A stretch of 64,000 nt of DNA from IMG/VR virus record IMGVR_UViG_3300045412_000135, positions 6,575-70,574 of that record; one strand, written 5' to 3'. The first letter of the stretch is position 1. Each line of letters starts with the position of its first letter. The notes under the pieces were generated by a model, which was not told the DNA's origin, did no database searches, and worked only from the letters and a program-made list of their open reading frames with translations. A program made the translations under genes and the position numbers. This document shows positions 40,118 through 52,100 of the stretch, one piece after another. The DNA is from a virus.

Positions 40118-40125
40118 TATTTATA
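40118..40125 (-). promoter_or_regulatory. T4-type late promoter (gp9-like / S8 protease unit)
   Basis: Perfect TATAAATA. Confidence 0.8.
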
Positions 40126-40126
40126 T

Positions 40127-43100
40127 CTATTGCTGGTCAAATGTTACTGCATTCGTATCCCACTTAACCTCAGTATCATCAAATTTGAAACCAAATTCTG
40201 GTGGAACATTAGGTACTGAAGTATCAATTTCAATTATAGGATAAGAATACCCAGATCCTCCATCAATAACTTGAACTCCAGAAATACCAACAAGTGCTTT
40301 TGCTTGAGCATCAAAGCCTGTAGATGAGTTGAATGATATATTTGGTCTAGAAGTATATCCAGATCCACCAGATGTCAGTTGTACAGAAGTTACTCTTCCA
40401 GTTATTACAGATACTAAAGCCTCTGCATTTCTCCCGAGAACAGATCCAAGATAATCAAATGTAATTAATGAATTAGATGACTCAATAATAGCAACTTCTC
40501 TCTCTTCTGTTTCCCCCTCAATTACTAATCTATCGGTAACTTCAATTGGAGGAACAACTTCAGATGCAATAACATCAACATCGGATCCAATGTAAGAGAA
40601 TGCAACAAAAGTTGATCCTGCTCTTGGAACTTCTGCAAAAATAATTCTAGATCCAACAAGTTGATATGCAACTCCTGGTTCTTGAATAACACCATTTAAT
40701 GAAATAATAATATTATTTTCGGGTTTAATAGTAGTTGAAGAAACGCCTTCTGTAATGGTAAGAGAATAGAAAGAATCATTCAATTTTAGATTAAATGTAG
40801 ATCTCAATGAATCAAATTGGAAACTAATATCATCTAATTGACGAAGCTTACCAAGATATACAGCATGGAAAGAAGATCCCAACGATGGTGCCTCACTAAA
40901 TTGAATAGTATCATTAAATACATTAAATGATATATCTGGAGGTTGTAAAATTCCATTAACAAATACCAGTAAGTAGCCTTCAATATCTGGTGCATAAAAT
41001 TCACCATTATTTCGTGTTATTCTAAAAGTATCTTGAACGCCATTAAATCCAACAAAACTTCGTTTAATTCTTCCTTCAATTTTAACTACATTTATAATTC
41101 CCGCTTTAAAATTTGATGATGAGATCAATTGGGAATATGGAGATATTGTTCCGACTACATTAGTTAAATAATATCTATATCCAATTCCACTAGGAACAAT
41201 CTTTTCAATAGATGCATAAGCAAAACTATTATTAGATGCAAATAACTGAACTGTACCTGTTCCTAGTGGGAAAGGATTGTTCTCTTCAAATACACTAACC
41301 GTGTCTCCAACATTGAATGTACCTTGAGGATTTACGATCCAGAGATCAACTTCTAAATCGCCAGAAACAACCTCAACATTTACAATTGTTGCAGATTTTA
41401 CTCCTGGAATTAATCCATCAGCATCTTGCAAAAGATCGCCTACTAAAAATTGTCTTCCAAAGGTAGTGTCTGCATAAGATACTCTCAATTTAGTTATAGT
41501 TGTTGTTTTTATGACACTATTAAGATCAGGAACAGTTCCCTCAGCATCAATAACATCAATATAATAACTACTAATGGAAGAATATACTTTTCTCGTTTCC
41601 TTAAATTGACCAATCAATCCTTCGGTATCTAGAGTTAATTTTGAATTTGTTGTTGATATAATAGGCGCATTATTATAATAATAATTTAGTACAGTAAATT
41701 CTGCATCAGAAAACAATCCATAAACAAATACATTTGATTCCCAAGAACCGATTACATATTTTAATTGCAGTCTATTTCCAATAGAAGTTATCGTCGCCGT
41801 ATAACCATTATCATCGATTAATATGTTTCCTACTGCAAATGTCCCTGAAGTAATTTGTACATCTAAATCAGTATAATATTCAGACTCTTCTGTAGATATA
41901 ATTGCAGCAACTTTTGTTCCTTGACCTTGTACTTGTATTGAAGTGTTATTTGTAAATGTTAGATTGGGATCATCATAAACAATTCTAAATTTAGTATATA
42001 GATCGGAAATAGTTCCTCTATTATAAGTAATAGATTCAATTTCAGCATAATTATTTGAACTAGAACCGTATATATAGTCTCCAATATTTGCTTCGCCAGA
42101 TACAGGAGTATATGAACTTCTTGTTGGATATGAAATTGTTGGAATATCAATTAATGTATAACCAACAATTTGATTAATATTAATATATTCTGAATTATTT
42201 AATGTACCAAGAAGTATATTCATTCTCTCATCTATAAATTCCTCAATAGTTGTTAACTGGGTTCCCGTAATAGAAATATCACCGTCAGTATATGCATATT
42301 GACCAGCAGCTGGTGAAGGAACAACTAAAGTCTCCGCAATCGCAGATTTAATAAATGTTGTAACTTGATTATAAGCATAGATACTCTGAATTAATTCACC
42401 ATCAAGTGATGTGATAGTTCCTGTTATTGCATCGATATATGTCAATGTAGCATCAACGATTCCTTTATTTCCACCTGTCAATAAATCATAAACAATAGCA
42501 TCAATAATGTAATCAATATCTCTTAGACATTTTGCATTTCCGCCGGGAACACTAAATCCAGGAAAATTAATTAAAGTTTTCTGAACGGTTTCATTTTTAA
42601 TATATGATTTATTAAATAGCAATAACTTAGCAGCGTCTCGGTAAAGCTGAGTAGTATTATCTTCACTTTGTCTAATAGCATGATTCATATTCCCATTTGT
42701 AACTGCTGTAGTTAAGATTGAGAATAATGTATTAATTGAACTTCTAACATCTGCACAAGAACTTGCACTTGTGTTTGATCCAGTAGCAGGGTCTGCAGTA
42801 ATTGTTAGATCTTTAACTTGATTCCTTATTGTATATCCTCCCAAGTTAACTGTTACATTAGTAACAATTTCATTTGCAATATTCTTTGCTTCATTAAATG
42901 CATAGTTCGGCGGTGTGCCTTCACCACCTAAGTAACTATTAAATGTATAAATTTCTGAATTATCCCAGGTACGAGCATTTCCTCCATTCCTTAGATCATA
43001 AATGATTCCATCTAATATTATGACAATATCATCCTTACAGTCTTGATTTCCATTTGGAAAAGTAAATCCGGGATAGAATGTCTGCATTCTACCAACTGCA

Positions 43101-46100
43101 ACATCTGCAATTAAGTATTTGTTAGAGTTAATCAAATTAGATGCATCATAATATCTTGAGTATTTTTCATTTCTTTCTGGAATTAAAATACCTACAGCAA
43201 GATTAAATAACGTATCAATTGCCTGCTTTACTCTCTCACAATTTCCTCCATATGTGCCATCATCAGGAGTGATGGTATTATCCGTTGTTCTTACAGCAGT
43301 AGATTCAAATTCACCAGTTAGTGGTGTATAAGATGTATTGGTTGTACCATTAATAATCCAATTATCAATAGCATATTGGCATAAAATATTTACTCTTTCA
43401 AATGCAATAGCAGTAGGTAAAATTTCATCTTTTACATGAGTTATATTTCCACCTTCTTCTACAACATAATATTTCATAGCATCAATTATATTTACATTTC
43501 CGCCCGTTAATAGATCACTAATAATTGCAGGTAAAATAAAGTCTTCAATATCTCTTTCACATCTTTCTGAACTCCCAGTTGGATAAGTAAAAGCATTATT
43601 TTGAACTCCATTTAGAGTAAATCTTGCCCACTGTTCTATGTATCCTGTAGATTCTTGTGCAATAAACTTTTTATTAAACCAAATGCGATCAGCAGCATCC
43701 CTAAATACTTGCCCAGTAGGAGCAAGTATATCGTTTACAAGATTCCAAAGAGTATCAATCGCAGATTTAACATTTGCACAAACTGGTGAAGAAGTATCAG
43801 CAGTTATGTTTATTGGTAAATATGGTATCTTATTAGTATATGTTGGAGTAGTACTTAATGTTCCATCAACTGCATTTTGACAAAGAACACTCATTTCTTT
43901 ATGAGCAAATAAACTTTGTAAAAGTTGCAATCTAATAAATTTAACAACACCGTTTCCATCTAAGTAAACTCTTGCAGCTCCAGTTGTATTATAAGTACCG
44001 CCGTATTCAAGATCAGTAGCTACAGCATCAAGTAATAAAGATAGATCTAATTTACAACGATTAGTTCCATCAAGTGAAGTTGAATCATCTCCAGGAATTA
44101 ATAAATCTGTATATCTTGCCTTCATTCTTCCAACGGCTTCGTCAATAATATATGTTTGATTTTGTCTAATTAAATTAGCAGCATCCCTAAAGCGATGTTG
44201 TGTTGATGCATCAATAAATGGAGCAATAATATACTTGTTAGTAGTATTGACCTGTCTAGTAATTATTGGTACCTCAATGTATTGAGATACTTTAGCACTT
44301 ATCGCACCCGAAGAGATAGTTTCTTCGGAAGTAAAAGTGCCTGTTCTAGATCCTAAATATAAGAATTTTAGTGCATAATTGACACCGATAATTGTTGCTG
44401 TTGCACCAGAAGTTACTCCAGTAACGATTTGACCTTGATTAAAATTCCCTCCAGACAAAGTATGATAACTTAATTTTTTAATATATAGAGTTTCATTTTC
44501 AGAGAAATGATTATTTTGATTTGTATAATTAATTCTAACACTCTGAACAAGATCATCAGCAGCTACAGCACTTGGTGATCCTCCATCATCAGAAATGTTT
44601 GTATTTCCATGTATTAATAATACTGTATTAATATTATTAATAAATGGAGTTGCGGAAGGTGTAAATGTTGCAGTATATCTTACTATATTAGATACCCTTA
44701 TTTCATCCAAATATCCATTAAATTGATATTGATTTACATAAGTATCATCATATCCAATCATTAACCCTGAAGCGTTTGCCGATGCAGAGGAAATTCCAGT
44801 ATGAACTAACGTTCCATTTACAAACGATTTAATTGTTGATCCTGTTCTAGACCAAGCAACATGAGTCCATTGTCCTACTTGTACAGTAGGTCCCGTGGAT
44901 TGTTGATTAATCGTATCCCCATCATATGAAATTAAATATAATGTACTTCCACTCTTACTAAGACCCCAATAGAAATTTGGACCTCCAGTTAAAGAAAATA
45001 CCATAGAGTATGTTCCTGCTGGGAGAGATGGTAGATATAACCATGTCTCTAATGTATAATTGCCAAAATTAAAATCGGATGCATTTGTAACTGTTAGATA
45101 ATCTCCATCTCCATCAAAATATACGGATCCTCCATCAAATTTAGATTCGGTTGTAGATGCAGTAACATTTCCAGCGGTAACAATAGTTTTTGCTGTTCTA
45201 AAATTATACGCATAATCCATTAAAATATTTTCTGCATTTTCATACGCAACAAAATTAATTTCATATTTTTCAGAATCATCATCCATATTAGTAACTTCTA
45301 TTAAAGATTTACTAATATCATCAACAACTGCATTTGGTTTTAATGGATTAATTATTCTAGTGAAAAGTAGTCCTGTAAAAGTGCTTGGATCACTAATAGA
45401 AATTGAAGACACAAATTGATTGGGGTTAAAAGGATCAATGTATGGCGCTATACCAATAACTTTTGCGATTATTTCAGATCCAGCACTATAAATAAAGTCA
45501 TTCAATTTAATATTAAGTAGGCCAGATGGATTTCTGTACGTACCTGAAGTTTTACTAATAACAATTTTATTAGTCGGAACATCATTTGTTAAATTAATTT
45601 CTTCAATTACTGCAGTATCTCCAGCAACATTTGTAATTGATTCTTGGAATCTGAATATGTTTTGATTTGTAACGATAACTTGACTTGACAATGTAGCATT
45701 CAATCCTGTAGCTGCAACTATTAAAACTTCATCAATTTGGAATCCAGTGCCGCTAATATTAAATACAGTAATTATATTAGTAGTTGATTTAATGACAATT
45801 GCGGTTGTATTTGATGTAAGACCTCTAATTGTATTACCTAGTTCTGGTAAAATACCAGATGTATTTCTAATAGTTAAATCTGTAGATGTTAAAAATTGTA
45901 CCGTTACTGTTGCATAACTAATTTTTGTTGGCGCAGGAGGTGGTTCTGAAAAAACAATATTACCCTGCTGAATTTCGAATGCAGATTTTGGTGGTTGTAC
46001 TATTCCATTAATAGTAATTAAAAATTGACTTGCATCTGCTACAACTGGACTTCCATCAATTGTTATTGGGAATGAAATTCTTTCTCCATCAAATAAATTA

Positions 46101-49100
46101 GCGATATCATCTAATCTCTGAACAACAGAGGTCAAAATTTCTTCGGATGATGTCAATCTCTTATTTCTAAATAATATTTGTGTGTTATCAAAATCAGAAT
46201 AGATTGGTTCAACAATTGCATAATTTTTAATAACGTCAACTACAGAGCTTTCAATTAAATTAACACTCTTGCTCAATTCAAAATCTGTCTTATCGGACAA
46301 TCCTTTGCCGCCGCCTTCAAGAGCAATTTCTCCAAATACTTTAAATCCAGCAGGATGAACATTATCAATAACCGTATTTCTCCACATTTCAATTGAAACT
46401 GGCGATTTAATATTGTATGAGAATTGTTGATATAAGTAAGAGTCTTGAATTTTTTGGACGATTTCACTTGGTTTGCCAACATCATCCAAGAATTTACCTA
46501 CAGTATTTGTAATTGAATTAACTTCAAGAACTCCTTTTGCAATACTAATGTTTTCAATGGTTCCATTTGCTTTTGAAATTAAACCCGTAACAGATTGTCC
46601 TACTTCAAATGTACCTTGAACATCAATGAGTTTTAATAAACGTGGTCCCGTTTGCCAACCCTCATTTACCGAAACATATCCAGTCGCAGATGAATTATTA
46701 ATTGATTCGCCCTGAAATACTAATTCTTTGGATAAAAATCTTCCAGTTTCTACGATTGCTTCTGCCGATCCACCAAATGATGATGTCAAAATAATTTGTC
46801 TTCCAGTTCCACCATTAATAAATGTAATATAATTACCACTAATTGCATCTTGTTGTGTTAATGCAATTCTTAATTGATCATCTTGCAATCCATTACTTTG
46901 ACCGCTAATTGCATAGTAAATTTGTGTTGGTGAAAGATATCCAAATGATGTAAGAGGAAATTCTGGACGCGGGCCAAGACTTTCATTTTGGAATTGTACT
47001 TCAACGGCATTTGTAATTCCATGAGGGAAAGCAAATTGGAAAAGCCCCAAGTCTAAATTAACTACGTAAGTAAATGAAGATTTTAACGTTATAATTGGTG
47101 GAGTAGAATATCCTGTTCCTGGATTTTTAACTAAAATGTCACTAATTCTTCCGTTCTTGATAATTGCTTCCGCAGATGCTCCTGTTCCACCACCACCAGT
47201 AATCAAAACCTCTGGAGGAGTAGTATATCCAGTACCAGGATCAATAATTTTAATAGAGCTCAATATACTAGTATTGCTTAACTGAACATTGACTGGGAAT
47301 GTAATTTCTGGACGAAGAGTATAATCATGAGTATAATTAAAACCAAAATTATTATTTTTTAATTTTTTAATTTTACCAATATTGTCTCCACGAGTAAAGA
47401 TTGCTGCCCCGCTCCCTTTTGGGGGAATTACAACATTTAAAACTGCTCCAGATCCAGTAAGTAGAGGACCTAGAATACCGTCAATTCCATCCACATCAAT
47501 AGAAGCATTTGTATATCCTTTACCTGGATCGGTCACAGTAACCTCAACAATTTGTCCAGCAGGATCGGTCGTTCCATCTACTATCAAAGATACTTTTCCT
47601 CCAGCACCATCACCCAAAATAGGAACACCAAAATATTCACCAGCCTCATATTCTGTTCCTGGTTCCACTATTTCAACTCTTTCAATTTTTCTGCTCGATT
47701 CAATATCCGAAATTAATGGTAGTTTTTTATAAAAACCTCCACCATTAACTAATTTAATTTTTGCAATTGGACCTACAGTTTTTGTTGATGTTGTTGAATA
47801 ATAAGATGTCAAAACATTTGCTGTTTTTTCTGGTTCAAATGGTATAATAAATTTAAATTTATTTGGACCTTGAGTAATACTTCCTCCATCTAAATCAGTA
47901 ACTGTATATGTTCCGATATATGGACTTGTAATTACATCAATATAAGAAGAGGTATTTACGGGTCCATCTTCACCTAAGTTTGATGGATCTGCGTAGTATG
48001 TAATGTTAGAAGCATCTTCTGTTATTTTAAATGATATGAATGGAGAGTTTCCTGGTTCATCAAATCCTGGTGTTCCCTTTCGAGTAATATTTTTGAATGT
48101 ATATTCAATTTTATATAAATTATCTCTATAGAAAGACAAATAATGACCCTGCATACTAGTATGAGCAGTATCAAATGTATATTGTTGTCCGTAAATAAAT
48201 TTGAATATTGGATTTTTTACAAATATCTTTAAAGTTGAACTTCCTAAAGATGATGTTGGCACATCTCTAAGTTTCAATAAAAATTCTTTTTTCGAAATAA
48301 TTGAATAAATATCAAAAGTTCCGATCAAAGGACTATATGTTGGATTAGTGGATGCAAATACAACATTCTCATTTGTTAAATAATGGGAAGTTGTAGATCT
48401 AATGAACATCAATTCTGTATTTAAAATCGTCGTCAAGGTTAATACTTTAGTTAAATTTGTAACCAAGCTAATTTGAGTAACTGCTGTTAATCCAGTTATG
48501 ACTGCAAGAGTTTTTGTCTGGTTAAATGATATTTGATTGCTGTTAATTGTAACTACTGATCCCACAACATACGTAGATCCAGATAAAGTAGCATCTATTC
48601 TAATTAGATAATCATCATCCGAATAATCTTTGAATTTTGCTGATACCGATCCTGGAATATTAAACTCAAATGTTCCTGGAGTAGTTGCATTAACATTTGC
48701 GAATGTATATGCTTTAATTTCATTAATAAAAAAATCTGATGCTTCCAAAGAACCTGTGTTTAATAAAAAAGTACCAGTAATATCACCAACAGAAATGGTA
48801 TTATTAACTAAATCTTTCTCCAAAATTCTTGCTACGGCAACAGTGGCACCCAAAGAATTTTTTTGTTTTATAATAGTATTGGTATTAAAATCAAAACTTT
48901 GATTAATCGTTAATTTCTTAACATTATCTGCCTTTTCAACATTAAAATAATTGAAAAAGAATTTATTTAATACTGTACTACTAACTTTTACCTTAGATGC
49001 ACCAACAGCTGGGATGGTAGCAGTTCTACTAGACCACAAATCATAATAGTTTGTAATAGTTGCGTAATTAATACCCAATCCCGAAGAAACGATATTGAAA

Positions 49101-52100
49101 TCTAAAATTTGGAATCCCTCAGAACCAAGAATATAATCTGTTTGGATAGTTGCAACATCTTGTTCGGAAGATGTCAAACTATAAGAAGATCTATTTAAAA
49201 TTATATTATTATTTGGTAATGTTATATTACCCGTTCTTACAGTATCTAGATTATTATCTGTTTTAAATACAAATCCATTTGGAGTGCTATAATTGACTAT
49301 ACCATGAGCAGTAGATGGTAAAACACCAGAAGTATTATAGTTGCTTAGACGTAACTCATCCACTCTCATAGGATTAGAAAAAGAACCGGTGGTGCTTCCA
49401 AAATCAATTTGAGTTGGATTAATATTGGTAGAACTTGTAACCTGTAAATATTGAGTGCCGTTAACATATACCGTATAAGTTGCAATTGTATTAGCAAATG
49501 ATTTTGTTAGTGCAATATGCGTATATCCAGCATTCATTAATGTAGTGACATCAGTTTGAGTACTCGAAGATGGAGCAGAGCCATTTATTTGTGCTCTAAT
49601 TTTTCCGTAGTTTGCTCCAGTTGTACTATTGATTTCAATAATTAAAGTGTCAGTATTACTAGTAATATTGATCAAATGTGGATCTTTTGTAGTAGTTGTT
49701 GAAGTATATTTGAACCAACCCTCTAAAGTCCAAGATGAAGAAGTGATAGTTGTAGTACCACTCATTTTAGCGCTAAGTGGAATATCATATGCATTAGTGC
49801 CGTATTTTGGATCTGTAACTATAGTTACAGATCCAACAGTAACTAAACTAGAAACTCTTCCAGTTGCATCATTATAAGATGATTCAGCATTAAATAAAAA
49901 CTGAGTTCTATTTTCATATAACTGTCCGATAATGATTGGATCTCCAGAACTGTCCGAACACACTGAAGATATTTCATATCCTTTCTCATATAATTTTGTA
50001 GTTGCGGGCCCAGCGATCTTAGATGAATTTTTTATTGATCCATCAAAATTAAATTTAATGATACCTATTGTTTTAACTGAATCTGAATTTATATAAGTGT
50101 ATCCTGCTGTTATTTCTCCAAAAACATCTATAGAACATTTTGCCGGCACGATGGAGAAATTACCAGTATCAATTGTATTAAATTTACTTTTTAGTATATC
50201 TCCAGTATTGTCCAGTCTCATAAAATGTAATATCTTTCTATCACCTGTTGCAATTACTTCTGCACAGGAAGTAATGTAAATTTGATCATATTCATCAATA
50301 ATTGCTGAAACGTCTGTAAATTTATAACCACTATAAGAATATCTTTTAGTCCATTCAACTAATAACCTATTTCCAGACATGTATAGTTTGCAAACTAGAA
50401 TATCTGTGTCTGAAGTTGTACCAATTAAATATACAATATTTTTACTATCAATTAATACATTATTAATTTTTTCACTTTGATTAACAGATGTAATTTTTCT
50501 TTTGGTTATGACATCACCATCAGAATTTAATAAAATTAAAAATCCATCATAGATACTAACTGTATTAGTATTTGTATAACCAGCAACAAGAATATTATCT
50601 CCCATACATGATATAGAAGTAACAATATCTGATCTTGTGATACCACTAATACCTGCCAGTTCTTTTTGCCAGGTTAAAGTTGCTTCTGATCCAGTAACAT
50701 TCTCCGTATAACGTGCAATTAAAACATCCGGATTGTATGCTGCGTTCAAAGATGGGTTTGGTTTAGTTCTACCAACAACATATACTTTTGATTCCTTCTT
50801 ACAAACAGCAACGAATTCACAGTAATTATTTGGTGTTGCTAGCGATGTTGATGATAAAGATTTTGTATAATAAACTGTACCGTCAGTACTTAATTTTTGA
50901 ATTACCCCAATAGTATTTAAATCGGAATTTTGAGAATAACCAACTGCATAAATTGATTTGTCGGTATGTACATAACCACCTAAAAACTTAACGTTATTTG
51001 CAGGAGAATACTGTTGAGTAAAGAAATAATCTGCTCGCCTATCTATTTGTGGATGACTTATCCTAATGATAGGATTTTCCTCATATCCAAGTCCTGAGTT
51101 AATAATTTCAAATTTTTCAATAGTACCATTTGACGTTACAATTGGTTTTATACTTGCAAATTGACCACTATCTGATTCGATTTGAACCGTTGGTCCGGTA
51201 TCTGTAGAATATCCCGTTCCAATACTATCTATTGTTAATTTTTCAATGCCAGATAATGATTCGACTAAAATGGTCTTGCTACTTGGCTCCATTTGTGGAG
51301 TTGTACCTATGATTACTTTGTCACCAACCAAAAGATTATGGGGTTCTGAAGTAGTTACAACTGCTTTGAACTGATCTCCTATAGAGTCGTATTCATATGT
51401 ATATGCAGTAATAGTTTTACCTTGAATTTCCGAAATACGTGCTGAAGCACCATAACCAGAGGTTCCAGTGTCATCAAATACTAATCTGTCATTAACTTGA
51501 TAGTTATCACCTGTATTTTCAATAAAGAAATCGGTTAGTTTAGCATCTTCAAATTTAGTTGTTGTTTCAACTTCAATATCAACTTTTGATGATATTTCAA
51601 TTTTTGGAAAATAGTCAAAAATTTCTAATTTTTGCTCTTCAAAAATAATATTTGGGTCATCTATCTCATCTTGTGTTATAATACCATCTTTATTTTCATC
51701 TTCAATTTCAAATGCAAGAAAATCTCCGTTTTCTAATGTTAATGCATTTGTAGATTCATTTGGTACTCTTTCAACATCAATATCGACATTTTCAAATGGA
51801 GTTCTATAACGAACTACACCTGTTGGAATATTTGATTGTGTTGCAAATTGATTTAAATTCCAAGTTTCAGGATCGGAATAATAAGATGGACCTATCGCAT
51901 ATGGGAATTTAGCCGCGCCCGCAGAATCTATTGTAATAAAATATGCATATATGCCATTTGGAAATTCTGGAGTCTTGCAAAATCTACCATTATATTCGTC
52001 CAAATAAACAGCCAAACTATTAAAAGTATATTGATAATCTTCTATAAATGAACCTGCTGGATATTGGGATAATAATGGTCCTTCAATTCTAACTGGGAAG

